A stretch of 64,000 bases of DNA, from the IMG/VR virus record IMGVR_UViG_3300024324_000019, one strand, 5' to 3'. A model generated the notes under the pieces. The model was not told the DNA's origin, did no database searches, and saw only the letters and a list, made by a program, of their open reading frames with translations. A program made the translations under genes and the position numbers. Source of the stretch: an uncultured virus (IMG/VR IMGVR_UViG_3300024324_000019). Lineage: Duplodnaviria; Heunggongvirae; Uroviricota; Caudoviricetes. Shown here in pieces: positions 1 through 9,964 of the stretch. Every line of letters begins with the position of its first letter. Positions within the stretch are counted from its first letter, which is position 1.

Positions 1-157
1 GGACAGAATAGGGAGAGTGAAATGACCATCCAACAAATGTTTAAAAGTCTGTATAATGCGGGCCTTGTTATGAGCCACGATCGCAATGATGAAAAACGAA
101 TTCTTCATCGGTGGACATTGAGCCAGACTGTGAAACAACTGTCCGTCAAGGACGTTC

Positions 158-760
158 TTGGTTATAGCAAAGGTGATGACAATGGCGAATGACTGCCTGA
201 TTTTTGATTTTGAAACAATGTCAACGAATCCATATGATGGTGTTGTTGTCTCTCTTGGCATGTTAGCCTATGATGAAAAAGCCGTCTATGAATATGAAGA
301 CTTGGTTGCGAAAGCCGTGTTCATCAAGTTTGATGTTGGCGAACAGGTTCAGAAATATGGTCGTAAGGTCATGCAGTCTACCGTCGATTGGTGGGCTACA
401 CAAAATGCAGAAGCGAAGAAAATGATTCGCCCTATGGACACCGATGTTTCTATCGACACTCTGTACGATAGCGTGGTCGCCTACTGTGCGAACCCAAAGA
501 AGGTTTACACCCGAGGAAATACCTTTGACCCTATGTTTATGGAAAGCCTCTGTCTTGCTACGGGCAACCCGGAACCCTACAAATTCTACAATATCCGTGA
601 CACCCGCACCATGATTGAAGGACTCTCTTGGGGTTCAGGTGTTAGCAACAAATACATTCCCGATGGATTAGAAGACAAATTTATCGCCCACGATCCACGG
701 CACGATATTGCCATGGACGTAATGCGAATCCAGACAATCATTCAGGCTCTTGAGGAGTAG
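158..760 (+). CDS. dexA: DexA-like 3'-5' exonuclease (DEDDh); true start probably 182
   Basis: Motifs LIFDFET, RGNTFD, IRDTRT, HDPRHDIAMD typical of T4 DexA-family exonucleases. Confidence 0.75.
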   Translation: MVIAKVMTMANDCLIFDFETMSTNPYDGVVVSLGMLAYDEKAVYEYEDLVAKAVFIKFDVGEQVQKYGRKVMQSTVDWWATQNAEAKKMIRPMDTDVSIDTLYDSVVAYCANPKKVYTRGNTFDPMFMESLCLATGNPEPYKFYNIRDTRTMIEGLSWGSGVSNKYIPDGLEDKFIAHDPRHDIAMDVMRIQTIIQALEE

Positions 761-763
761 AAA

Positions 764-1078
764 ATGCCTAATCGTTATATCTGCGACGTTCTGCAAGAAA
801 TGCGTACAGCGCACGAAGGCCACAATTATTCATATATGAAGGGCATGATTGAAGAAGCCCAGGTTCTTGCTAACCGCATGGAAGCCTCTTTGTATGACAA
901 ACGAGATTTGTTTAAAGCCCATGACGAATTGAAAGAGGTTAAAAAGCAAATCAAAGACAGGACAGCCGAACTGGATGAAATGAAAATGGATCCCAAGTTT
1001 GCAGAGTATCGGGAATATCTGATCGCCAAGAATGCTGGGCTTGGTATTAATGGTGCCCGTGATGGTGGTGCGAAATGA
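764..1078 (+). CDS. Hypothetical coiled-coil protein
   Basis: ORF tightly packed between neighbours, ATGA overlap with next ORF. Confidence 0.65.
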   Translation: MPNRYICDVLQEMRTAHEGHNYSYMKGMIEEAQVLANRMEASLYDKRDLFKAHDELKEVKKQIKDRTAELDEMKMDPKFAEYREYLIAKNAGLGINGARDGGAK

Positions 1079-1281
1079 CTGAACCAGAAGTGCAACTCTT
1101 TAACGCTTTGCTACTTACGGCTGCAAAGGAATATAAACGGGTGTGGGAAGCCACCGATGAAGATTACCCCACAGACGAACCATGCGACTGGGTGAAATAT
1201 CCCGATGGTGGTGACAGGTGGAGCCATGATATGGATGCCGCAAGGGAAACTTTTTTCAAAATAATTGAAGAATTGTCTTGA
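1075..1281 (+). CDS. Hypothetical protein
   Basis: ATGA coupling with upstream ORF. Confidence 0.6.
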   Translation: MTEPEVQLFNALLLTAAKEYKRVWEATDEDYPTDEPCDWVKYPDGGDRWSHDMDAARETFFKIIEELS

Positions 1282-1317
1282 CATTTGCTTAGTTTTCCTC
1301 TATGAACAAATAGTAAG
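1278..1317 (+). promoter_or_regulatory. Degenerate copy of the repeated early promoter cassette
   Basis: TTGACAtttg-(17 bp spacer)-TATGAAcaaatagtaag; shares both ends with the cassette consensus. Confidence 0.6.
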
Positions 1318-1336
1318 TTGAATATAGGAACTGAAA

Positions 1337-1963
1337 ATGTTGAAAAATCCTTTGAAGATTTCCCGGTCGGTGGCTGAAAAAACTATAAAATCTATGAATA
1401 ATGATATATGGAAAAAATCACCATATCAAAAATTGGGTCATATGTCTACAGACGAACGTGGTCGCAATGGTGAAGAATTTTGTGTTGCATTGTTAGAATC
1501 TATTGGCTTCGGTGTTTTTTGGGAAGGCGATTCTAATATTTCATCCAAAGACGCCGATACTTATGATTTTGTCATAACTGAAATGCCTGATGGCAAAGCC
1601 ACCCAAAAGAAAGTCGAAGTTAAATCTTCTATGGAAGGCCGCAACCTCGATTCGTGGCAGCATGACAGTATTAAGGAAGACGGCTGGGATTATCTGATGT
1701 TCTATGATAGGTGTGTTGGTGAAGATGGGAATTTTTATATAACCATCCACAAACATTCCGAATTTCCGAAAAGGGGCGAAAAACATTCGATTTTACAACG
1801 TGTTAAAACTCCTTGTAAAGACGGCTTCAAATTTGATATGATGAAAACTAAAGATGTAAGAAAGGGATACACAAGAATGGTAGGTGAAAAAATGGCTATT
1901 TATGTAGACAAAAACACCACTCATAAAAACATATCATCATTTATCAATGATAGGTTATCTTGA
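1337..1963 (+). CDS. Putative PD-(D/E)xK restriction-type endonuclease
   Basis: GEE...TYDF...VEVKSS arrangement; coupled to a DNA methyltransferase; AT-rich. Confidence 0.55.
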   Translation: MLKNPLKISRSVAEKTIKSMNNDIWKKSPYQKLGHMSTDERGRNGEEFCVALLESIGFGVFWEGDSNISSKDADTYDFVITEMPDGKATQKKVEVKSSMEGRNLDSWQHDSIKEDGWDYLMFYDRCVGEDGNFYITIHKHSEFPKRGEKHSILQRVKTPCKDGFKFDMMKTKDVRKGYTRMVGEKMAIYVDKNTTHKNISSFINDRLS

Positions 1964-2997
1964 TGAATAAAACATTGGTTTTATTTGAAGAATTGTTGTC
2001 GTCGCATTCGATTGAAGAAATTTCAGAACATATGGGTGTTGGTGTTGACGCCATCGGTCGATGGAATGAGAAGAAAAGGGTGCCCTCTCAATATTATCTT
2101 GATTTGTGTAAATTAAGTGCCGGGGAAACAAATTTAGATGATTTGAGTTTCGGCGAAAAAGATCAATTTTACACAAATATATCAACGGCAAAAAGCTGTA
2201 TTTCAAAAACATATGAAATCCTCAAGAGCCTTGGTGTTGATATTGAAAAATATAATTTCATAGAACCTTCTGCGGGTGCTGGTGCTTTTTACAATCTGTT
2301 ACCCGAAGAAAAGAGAATTGGTGTGGATATCGAACCCAAGATTGATGATATTCTGAAGTCTGATTTTCTTTCATGGTTTCCTAGTACGGAAAATAATATA
2401 TGTATAGGTAATCCACCATTTGGTTTCAGGGGACACATGGCATTAAAATTCATTAATCACGCCAGTAAATTTAGTGATTTTGTTTGTTTTATTTTACCAC
2501 AGACATTTGATAGTAACGGCCGAGGCAGTTGTAAAAAAAGAGTTAAAGGATTGAATCTAATTCATTCTGAAAGAATCGATAGTTCTTTCTTTTATCCAGA
2601 CGGCAAATCGGTTGTTGTGAATGTTGTGTTTCAGGTCTGGGGAAACATTATTGTTGAAGCATCTAATGAAATTGATATTGACGTTAGTGATCATGTAACC
2701 ATCTATTCTCTTTCGGATGGTGGTTCACCTGGTTCAACAAGGAATAAAAAACATATAAATTCGTGTGATGTTTATATACCATCTACATGTTTTGGTGAAA
2801 GCGCAATGAAAGCATATTCCAATTTTGAGGAATTGCCCCAGCGGCGTGGGTTTGGCTTAAAAATTGTATCAGATGAAGATTTATATGAAAAAATCAGAAC
2901 CGCTGATTGGGCGGGCAATGCTTTTAGGTCAACAAATGGTGCTTTTAACATAAGGACTGAAATAATAGAAAAAATAATTTTTGATATTATTCGATAA
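1960..2997 (+). CDS. Amino (N6-adenine-type) DNA methyltransferase with N-terminal HTH
   Basis: Motif I IEPSAGAGAF precedes motif IV GNPPF; N-terminal SIEEISEHMGVGVDAIGRW HTH-like segment. Confidence 0.85.
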   Translation: MMNKTLVLFEELLSSHSIEEISEHMGVGVDAIGRWNEKKRVPSQYYLDLCKLSAGETNLDDLSFGEKDQFYTNISTAKSCISKTYEILKSLGVDIEKYNFIEPSAGAGAFYNLLPEEKRIGVDIEPKIDDILKSDFLSWFPSTENNICIGNPPFGFRGHMALKFINHASKFSDFVCFILPQTFDSNGRGSCKKRVKGLNLIHSERIDSSFFYPDGKSVVVNVVFQVWGNIIVEASNEIDIDVSDHVTIYSLSDGGSPGSTRNKKHINSCDVYIPSTCFGESAMKAYSNFEELPQRRGFGLKIVSDEDLYEKIRTADWAGNAFRSTNGAFNIRTEIIEKIIFDIIR

Positions 2998-3003
2998 AAA
3001 CAC

Positions 3004-3047
3004 TTGACATTTGGTTGGAAATGGTGCATGATCAGATAGTAAGATCA
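3004..3047 (+). promoter_or_regulatory. Repeated early promoter cassette
   Basis: TTGACAtttggttggaaatggtgCATGATcagatagtaagatca. Confidence 0.85.
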
Positions 3048-3063
3048 GCAACCGGAGAGAACC

Positions 3064-3741
3064 ATGACCAAAGCGAAGAATATTCGTATCAACTTCAATT
3101 TCATCTTTCGCCATATTCAAGCGGAGATTGACTTGAACGGGTTTGTATCTAAGACCCAAGCCATGGCCACAGGCGAAACGCCTACTTCGGTCGTTGCCCT
3201 CGCGGCATATCAAAATTCCACTATAGATCCACGAACCAATACCCTGACCATGCTTGGTATGTCGATGGTGAACTGGGCTAATGCTCATACCGACAACCGC
3301 AACGATTTCCTTAATAGCGGAATCCATGTTCTTCGCAATGGTTCTCGTACAGGCGATATCAAGTCGAATGAAGTGGCTATCTTGGCGGCTATGTTTGACG
3401 TTTACAAAAAAGAAATGGCTCGTATAGAAGACCAAGCCAAGTTCAAGGAAGCGCACAAAGGTAGCGAGTTCATGGGCACCCTGAAGAAGCGCGGTGAATT
3501 CTTTGTGAAACTCATTGAAGTGGTTCCTGTTTCAAATCGTGGCTTCAAAGTCAATAAGGTCGTTGACCGCACTGGTAACATGGGTGTTATCATTTGCGAT
3601 ATCAATGCCTCTATTGCAGAGAAGGGCGAATGCTTCCTGTTCAAAGGGACGCCTGTCGGTCAAGAGATCAGCACCTACACTGGGGTCAAAGAGACTCGTT
3701 TCAATCGAATCAAAGTTCTGAATAACGTAGGAGCCGCGTGA
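3064..3741 (+). CDS. Hypothetical protein with C-terminal beta-rich (OB-fold-like) domain
   Basis: Follows promoter and GGAGAG RBS; C-terminal domain resembles the 3738 and 4437 ORFs. Confidence 0.7.
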   Translation: MTKAKNIRINFNFIFRHIQAEIDLNGFVSKTQAMATGETPTSVVALAAYQNSTIDPRTNTLTMLGMSMVNWANAHTDNRNDFLNSGIHVLRNGSRTGDIKSNEVAILAAMFDVYKKEMARIEDQAKFKEAHKGSEFMGTLKKRGEFFVKLIEVVPVSNRGFKVNKVVDRTGNMGVIICDINASIAEKGECFLFKGTPVGQEISTYTGVKETRFNRIKVLNNVGAA

Positions 3742-4010
3742 TGGAAAATAACCAAGTGTTTCTGAAAGTTTGTGCTTTGACAGAAGACCTCAACAACGGG
3801 CAATACGGCATGGCGGCTGTTGACAGAATTGGTCAGGATTATATGTTTAGGTTGCAGGGCTGGGAAGTTCAGGGCAACTACATTCATGTAAACGATTGCA
3901 TTCTGGTTGAATATGGTAATATCGTTTATAATGCCAAAGAACCTGGCATGGCTGCCTCTGTTCGCAAGTTAGAAGAAGTGAAAGTTCTTGGCAACAAAGG
4001 TACACCATGA
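3738..4010 (+). CDS. Hypothetical protein, paralogue of 3064 C-terminal domain
   Basis: VFLKV...VDRIG...DCILVEY...KVLGNKG. Confidence 0.65.
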   Translation: MMENNQVFLKVCALTEDLNNGQYGMAAVDRIGQDYMFRLQGWEVQGNYIHVNDCILVEYGNIVYNAKEPGMAASVRKLEEVKVLGNKGTP

Positions 4011-4435
4011 AAAATCTTATCGCAATAGGCGCTATCGCTTTGTCCTTGACAGCCTGTATGGGCAGTAACAATGGCTCGACACTAGGGGGACTGGGTGGTT
4101 CTGCAATAGGAACCAAAGTTGGCTATGGGCTTGGTGGTGCTGCGACTGGTGCGCTCGTAGGCATGAACGTGTTCAACATGTTCAAGACAAAACGCAACCA
4201 TACTGACCTTGCATTTCAACAAGCGGCCGAACATGGTCAGCGCGGAGAGACTAGAAGTTGGTACGACCCATCTACATTCAACAGCGGGTCGTTCACGGTT
4301 GATAGCACGATCCAACGGGCTGATGGAAAGTATTGCCGTCAGTTATTTGAGACAGTGAAAATCCACAACAAAATTTATAGTAACATCATTTCCGCTTGTC
4401 GGAATAACAAGACCGCTCGCTGGGAGATAAATTGA
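4007..4435 (+). CDS. Glycine-zipper lipoprotein, 17-kDa surface antigen-like
   Basis: Lipobox LTAC, Gly-zipper, W.DP...SG, YCR...ACR...W. Confidence 0.75.
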   Translation: MKNLIAIGAIALSLTACMGSNNGSTLGGLGGSAIGTKVGYGLGGAATGALVGMNVFNMFKTKRNHTDLAFQQAAEHGQRGETRSWYDPSTFNSGSFTVDSTIQRADGKYCRQLFETVKIHNKIYSNIISACRNNKTARWEIN

Positions 4436-4436
4436 T

Positions 4437-4805
4437 ATGGCGTTTGATGCTGAAGCCTATAACGAGTCTGTGCGGAGAGGTCATGCCAAGCCTATACCCA
4501 ACCCCTCAATGGGCAGTGCGCGTACCGGAGGGAAACGTGTACCCGTATTTTTACGAGTCGATACCATAGACGACGAACATTATAATCAGGGCAAATCTGT
4601 GTACCTTAATATGGAATTAAGTTCTCGGTCTGGTGAAAAATTCCTTGGGCGAGGAGCATGGGCGGATTTACGATTGGTCGACGCTGGCGATTGTTGTCTT
4701 TTTGAATATGAAAAGGTCGAGACCGTTGAGGATTTCATGCTGTGGGGTAAGAAAACTATTTTCTATGGCATGATGGTAGTGCAAAATGTCGGTAAGAAGG
4801 CATGA
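4437..4805 (+). CDS. Hypothetical protein, paralogue of 3064 C-terminal domain
   Basis: VFLRV...SRSG...GDCCLFEY...VVQNVGK. Confidence 0.6.
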   Translation: MAFDAEAYNESVRRGHAKPIPNPSMGSARTGGKRVPVFLRVDTIDDEHYNQGKSVYLNMELSSRSGEKFLGRGAWADLRLVDAGDCCLFEYEKVETVEDFMLWGKKTIFYGMMVVQNVGKKA

Positions 4806-4830
4806 TAAATAGACCGAAGGAGAATTCATA

Positions 4831-5190
4831 ATGAGTAATTTAGACAGACTGTTCGGCACAATGGGCGAACAAGAGCAAACACAAAGCACCCAAATTCCCG
4901 TTGATGACGGCAGACCAGCCATTGTCTTGAATGACCAGAAGAAGCCCACGGTGGAAATCTTCGGTACAGACTTATGTTCATGGTGTGATAAAGCAGAAGC
5001 CCTTTCAAAGAGCCGTGGCTTGCCCGTGAAGAAAATGGTTATCGGCGTTGATGTTGATATGAAGACGTTTCAAATGATGACGAACGGTGCGACGACTGTA
5101 CCACAATGCGTTATCAATGGTGAATTGATTGGTGGTTATGAGCAATTGATGAAATATTTTGAATTGGTCGACGGTGGCCAAGACTACTGA
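4831..5190 (+). CDS. Glutaredoxin
   Basis: CSWC active site, TVPQ and IGGY motifs. Confidence 0.9.
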   Translation: MSNLDRLFGTMGEQEQTQSTQIPVDDGRPAIVLNDQKKPTVEIFGTDLCSWCDKAEALSKSRGLPVKKMVIGVDVDMKTFQMMTNGATTVPQCVINGELIGGYEQLMKYFELVDGGQDY

Positions 5191-5209
5191 CCCTTACAGG
5201 AGATAGATT

Positions 5210-5560
5210 ATGTTGCGTGTGATTGGAAATGATATTTTGTTCGGCAGCGAAGTTGTCGGTAAACTGAACTCCGATAATCGAGCGACCCTACGTGAAGCCA
5301 TTATTCATGCTATGGATTTCGGTCCGGGTGATTATGACGAGGCTTTTAACCGTGGTCATGCCGAAGGTGAAGGTGACGCCGATGAAGAAGTCCGACAATC
5401 GTATGAAGATGGTCGGGATGTAGGCTATGACGAAGGTTTCCTAGATGGTGGAGCCGAAGAAAGACGATTGCACGATGACGAGGATTTCGGTGTGGGTTGG
5501 GACGAAGGTTATGAAGAAGGATTTGCCGATGGTTTTGACCTCGGCTGTGGTGGTGAATAA
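5210..5560 (+). CDS. Acidic protein with (G)Y(D/E)EG repeats
   Basis: Repeats YEDG, YDEG, WDEG, YEEG, FADG; AGGAG RBS. Confidence 0.7.
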   Translation: MLRVIGNDILFGSEVVGKLNSDNRATLREAIIHAMDFGPGDYDEAFNRGHAEGEGDADEEVRQSYEDGRDVGYDEGFLDGGAEERRLHDDEDFGVGWDEGYEEGFADGFDLGCGGE

Positions 5561-5569
5561 GGAAATATA

Positions 5570-6547
5570 ATGGCACTAAAGATAACTGGGCTGCAACAAC
5601 AGCCCGGTGTGTTTTCGTTTGATGGAACAAACGATCCCACGCCAACCGATAACGCTATGGGCGGAACGGAATTACAACGCAAGTGGCTCTATGAAAATGT
5701 AGATAACGACTTGCTTGATAAGTTTCAAATTATCTCGTCGCGGGTTCGTGACCTCGATGATAAGCCAAAGTTTCTTTGGTGCCATGATTTGGCGAGAGAC
5801 CCGGAAGCGGAGCATCTAAAAGATAAGGAAAGCCGCGACAGATTCGAGAAATTGATTTTCGTATCAAATTGGCAACGTCAGGAATATGAATATTTCTTGG
5901 GTGTTCCACCGAGCCAATCGGTCGTGTTGAAGAATGCCATCTATCCTATCATAGACGTACCGAAGCCCCAAGGCACAATCAACATCATTTATCATACGAC
6001 GCCACACCGCGGGTTGAATATTCTAGTGCCCGTGTTTTTGTCTTTGGCTGAACAGTTTGATATTCACCTTGATGTTTACTCAAGTTTCAATGTATATGGC
6101 TGGGGCGAACGGGATGCGGAATATGAGCCGTTGTTCCAACAATGCCGCGACCACCCGAAAATCACATATCATGGCGCACAACCAAATTCAGTGATCCGCA
6201 AGGCTCTAACCAAATCGCATATCTTTGCGTACCCAAGCATCTGGCAGGAGACTTCATGCATTGCGGCGATGGAAGCAATGACAGCCAAGAATATTATCGT
6301 ATGCCCGAATCTGGCTGCACTACCAGAAACCACTGCAAACTTCGCGTGGGGTTATCAATGGGATGAAAATATCAACAGACACGCCCAGACGTTTGCGAAC
6401 ACTCTTGCGGGAGCTATCGTGAATTGTCGGGCAGATGGAATTGAAAATTTCTTGAATATACAGAAAACATATACCGACCAATTCTATTCGTGGGATATAC
6501 GAAAGAATGAATGGGAAATGATTTTGAAGGCGGCTGACAATGGGTGA
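5570..6547 (+). CDS. GT-B (family 4-like) glycosyltransferase
   Basis: MGGTE, WCHD, TTPHRGL, YPSIWQETSCIAAMEA, AALPET motifs. Confidence 0.85.
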   Translation: MALKITGLQQQPGVFSFDGTNDPTPTDNAMGGTELQRKWLYENVDNDLLDKFQIISSRVRDLDDKPKFLWCHDLARDPEAEHLKDKESRDRFEKLIFVSNWQRQEYEYFLGVPPSQSVVLKNAIYPIIDVPKPQGTINIIYHTTPHRGLNILVPVFLSLAEQFDIHLDVYSSFNVYGWGERDAEYEPLFQQCRDHPKITYHGAQPNSVIRKALTKSHIFAYPSIWQETSCIAAMEAMTAKNIIVCPNLAALPETTANFAWGYQWDENINRHAQTFANTLAGAIVNCRADGIENFLNIQKTYTDQFYSWDIRKNEWEMILKAADNG

Positions 6548-6645
6548 CCTAGAACAGATGGTAGCCGAGGATATGTGGGATATGAACCTCAGCCCGAAAA
6601 ACAAAAAAGACATAAAAGAATACTGGAAAACTAAAGGAATCGACA

Positions 6646-6933
6646 ATGACAACCAAGACAAGTGAAACACCCGAACTACAATTGCAAGACGGCGAAACCG
6701 CAATAGACGTATCCATGGCTGACATGGCGACAATGGTCGCCAGACTGCGCTTCGACGTTATGGCCGACTTCTTTGATGAAATGGAGAAGGCTCTTATGTG
6801 GCAATATAATACCGAAATGGCAGCCTGGGACGAGAAAGAAGCCCAGGAATATCTATTGGTGATTGCACCACTGATGCAAACGGCTGATGCAGCCCGGAAA
6901 ATGCATAAAAAGTTTGGTAAAAATCACGATTAG
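6646..6933 (+). CDS. Hypothetical protein
   Basis: AAGGA RBS; stop abuts promoter cassette. Confidence 0.6.
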   Translation: MTTKTSETPELQLQDGETAIDVSMADMATMVARLRFDVMADFFDEMEKALMWQYNTEMAAWDEKEAQEYLLVIAPLMQTADAARKMHKKFGKNHD

Positions 6934-6936
6934 GGG

Positions 6937-6980
6937 TTGACATTTGGTCAGAAATAGTGCATGATCAAATAGTAAGATCA
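6937..6980 (+). promoter_or_regulatory. Repeated early promoter cassette
   Basis: TTGACAtttggtcagaaatagtgCATGATcaaatagtaagatca. Confidence 0.85.
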
Positions 6981-7002
6981 ACTAACAGAGAAAAGAGAGA
7001 TT

Positions 7003-7239
7003 ATGTTAGAAAATATGTTTGCACTGGGTTCTAAGATTCGCGCCTATGATTTTCAACCCCGCGAGGAAATTGGTGAATTATACGTTGAAGGTATAATCAC
7101 TGACCTGTCTGGTGGCACCTATACAATCACGGTAACAGAAGATACTTGTTATCCTGAAAACCCGCGTGAAAGCGTTTATGTTCCCCTTCATGTTTATTTC
7201 GGTGAATGGGCTGGTCGAGTGACGGAGGTCGCAGAATGA
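7003..7239 (+). CDS. Hypothetical early protein
   Basis: First ORF after promoter cassette, GAGAG leader. Confidence 0.7.
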   Translation: MLENMFALGSKIRAYDFQPREEIGELYVEGIITDLSGGTYTITVTEDTCYPENPRESVYVPLHVYFGEWAGRVTEVAE

Positions 7240-7583
7240 GATTTTGGAATGTGCGAGTAACTTGGCAAGCTGGTATGGAGCGATGTAACAACAGCGTTGG
7301 CATTGTTTCCCAAGCTGTGAACGTGGTTGCTGATAATGCTCGCCAAGCTGTAATGGCTGCCCTGGATGTTTCGGGCGTTCAAACTGCCTGTCACCCTGTT
7401 GAAACTGATGAAGTAGGAATGGGTCTATGAGTAAAGTTAGCGATTGGCAAATGGGCATTGACGAATATGTTGAGGGCCTTATAGATCAAGGTTACGTCTG
7501 GTCCCTGATTCTACATCAAGTGCGAAAGATTTATGGCATTCATGCTGTCGATTATGTGGCTGCAAAACTGAAAGCAATGTAAC

Positions 7584-8309
7584 GTGAAAATCCAATATTT
7601 AAGTGATCTACATATCGAGTTTACGAACTACACCAGACCAGTGCCGCCTGTCGAAGGTGACGTTCTAGTGCTTGCTGGCGACATTACTATGGGTGATGAA
7701 GTCACCTGGATCAACCAACTGCCACATGAACATATCGTTTATGTTCTGGGCAACCATGAGTTTTATGGTGGTGATATCGGATTCACTGAAACAATGATTC
7801 GCAATTCACTGGACCCAAGAGTCCACGTTCTGAATCGTGAGTCGGTGGAAATCGAAGGCGTGACTTTTCATGGCGCGACCATGTGGACCGACTACAACGG
7901 TGGCAACCCTCTGGAAATGAACGAAGCCAACAATGTGATGAACGACCATCGAATGATTACAGATGGTGACAACCGTTTCATGGCTGAAGACGCCATGCGG
8001 ATTTGGAATGTTTCTAAGATTTGGCTGGATGCTTTTGTAAAGCCCGGTGATGTTGTCGTAACGCACCACGCACCTTGCTACGGTTCGATCTCGGAGCAAT
8101 TCAGCAAGTCTGGTCTGAACGGTGCTTTCTATTCTGACCTGACCGATATCATGCTGGACCATAATCCTGCTCTGTGGATTCATGGGCACGTTCATAATTC
8201 GTTCGACTATATGATTGGTGATACCCGAGTCGTTTGTAACCCCGCTGGATATCCTGGCGAACATACCAATGACCGTGAATTCCGCGATTATACAACTGTG
8301 GAGATTTGA
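7584..8309 (+). CDS. Calcineurin-like metallophosphoesterase
   Basis: SDLH, LAGD, GNHE, THHAP, HGHVH, NPAGY. Confidence 0.92.
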   Translation: MKIQYLSDLHIEFTNYTRPVPPVEGDVLVLAGDITMGDEVTWINQLPHEHIVYVLGNHEFYGGDIGFTETMIRNSLDPRVHVLNRESVEIEGVTFHGATMWTDYNGGNPLEMNEANNVMNDHRMITDGDNRFMAEDAMRIWNVSKIWLDAFVKPGDVVVTHHAPCYGSISEQFSKSGLNGAFYSDLTDIMLDHNPALWIHGHVHNSFDYMIGDTRVVCNPAGYPGEHTNDREFRDYTTVEI

Positions 8310-8478
8310 AATGAGTAGAATTGAAGGTGTTATTTTCTCTGCGATGGTGGCTTTCATGGCGGTGGTGTTGTGGGTATCGGTTGTAAGAATAAACGACCTT
8401 GAAGCCCAAGTTGTAATTATGCAGAATTCTATCGACCAGGTTGTGCAATTTAATTTCGAAAATTGTTGCGATTAGGGG

Positions 8479-8522
8479 TTGACATTTGGTCAGAAATAGT
8501 GCATGATCAGATAGTAAGATCA
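8479..8522 (+). promoter_or_regulatory. Repeated early promoter cassette
   Basis: TTGACAtttggtcagaaatagtgCATGATcagatagtaagatca. Confidence 0.85.
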
Positions 8523-8544
8523 ATTGTAACAAAAGAGAGAACAA

Positions 8545-8808
8545 ATGACTAAAGAATACACGATGTTGGTTTCTGGCTGTGCCGCTGGCGATGTTTGTAA
8601 TTATGAACTGGGTGAACTGGTTCAAAACACGTTCGGCGATAATGTTGAAACGGATTGTGAATCAAGTTGCTTTTATGCCTATGTCACGGCTGAAATGGCC
8701 GATGAAGTTTGGGCGTTCGTTAAAGTTCATGGCGGTGAGGGCGAAATGTTTAGCACTTATGGCGCTGGAGATTTTATGTCGGAATTCAATCTGACAGCAA
8801 CTCTTTAG
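8545..8808 (+). CDS. Hypothetical acidic early protein
   Basis: First ORF after promoter cassette. Confidence 0.7.
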   Translation: MTKEYTMLVSGCAAGDVCNYELGELVQNTFGDNVETDCESSCFYAYVTAEMADEVWAFVKVHGGEGEMFSTYGAGDFMSEFNLTATL

Positions 8809-8818
8809 GAGAGAGATT

Positions 8819-9964
8819 ATGGCATTACCCAAAAAAGCGAAAAAGAAGGCAGTATTCCGTGGGACCAAGGCGTCTGATATCGGAAACTACAAAGCACCTG
8901 ATTGGTCAGAATTGACCTTAGACAATCCCAAGTATGCCAACGCATATCATTGGGCATTGAACTATGCAGGCGTGATTCTCGACAAAGCTGTTTTGAAAAA
9001 GGAGGTCATAAAATATCTTGACCCCAACAAAACAGATACAGCGGCTTTGAAAGTTTTACCCGATTGGGAATTTTTTGCTATCGGTAAGCAATGCTGGATC
9101 GCCAACAACGGCGCTGAACTTGATGCCCATAGCATGACTCGTATTTCAAACCTTTCTGCGAAGTTGGTTGAAAAGGGTAAAATCGCTGTGAAGACCAAAA
9201 AGAAGGTCGAGAAAAAAGAGGCGAAGGTTTACAAGCCCAACATTCAAGAGCGTATCCGCGAACAAGTTTCAGAATTGATTGCTGGCCTCGAGGTTGAAGT
9301 TGACGCTTTTGTGGAAAACGATTACAAGTCTGAATTCAAGGCTTATGATTACCTCCAAAAGAATCAAGTCAAAGCTATGCAAGCTGGCAAGATAGCCGCT
9401 TTCTATGAGCCGTTGCTTGTCGAATTGGTTGAAGTCAAAGGCAAAAAAGACGACGACTTGAACGAGGCTTTCAGTTTTATCAAGCCGCGAGAATTGACGC
9501 GGTATATTAAGTTCATTCAGGATCTTGTTGACGACGCCAACATGATGGTGAAATCTGCAAAAGTCGCTCGTAAACCCAAGAAGGCCAAAGTGAAGACCAC
9601 TGGCTCTCTTGTCAAAGATCTGAAGTATCAGGTTGAGGATAAGAACTACAAGTTGGTTTCTGTCAATCCTGAAAAAATCATCGGTGCTTCCGAACTTTGG
9701 ATTTTCAACACCAAGTACAAGTCGATTTCAAAGTTTGTCGCACTTGACCGTGGTGGACTGACCGTCAAAGGTTCAACACTGAAAAACTGGGATGAAAAGC
9801 AAAGCGAACACAAAGCTGTTCGTAAGCCGGATGAAGTCCTGCCTAAAGCCCTTACGGGTGGCAAGATTGTCCGGCGCAAGTTGATTCCTGATTTGACGAC
9901 CAAACCTGGTAAGCCTAACGGGCGTATCAACAAGGATACCATTATCTTGAGGGTTGAAAAATGA
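8819..9964 (+). CDS. Lys-rich hypothetical protein of T4-like phages
   Basis: 381-aa ORF with AGGAG RBS; C-terminal NGRINKDTIILR. Confidence 0.75.
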   Translation: MALPKKAKKKAVFRGTKASDIGNYKAPDWSELTLDNPKYANAYHWALNYAGVILDKAVLKKEVIKYLDPNKTDTAALKVLPDWEFFAIGKQCWIANNGAELDAHSMTRISNLSAKLVEKGKIAVKTKKKVEKKEAKVYKPNIQERIREQVSELIAGLEVEVDAFVENDYKSEFKAYDYLQKNQVKAMQAGKIAAFYEPLLVELVEVKGKKDDDLNEAFSFIKPRELTRYIKFIQDLVDDANMMVKSAKVARKPKKAKVKTTGSLVKDLKYQVEDKNYKLVSVNPEKIIGASELWIFNTKYKSISKFVALDRGGLTVKGSTLKNWDEKQSEHKAVRKPDEVLPKALTGGKIVRRKLIPDLTTKPGKPNGRINKDTIILRVEK

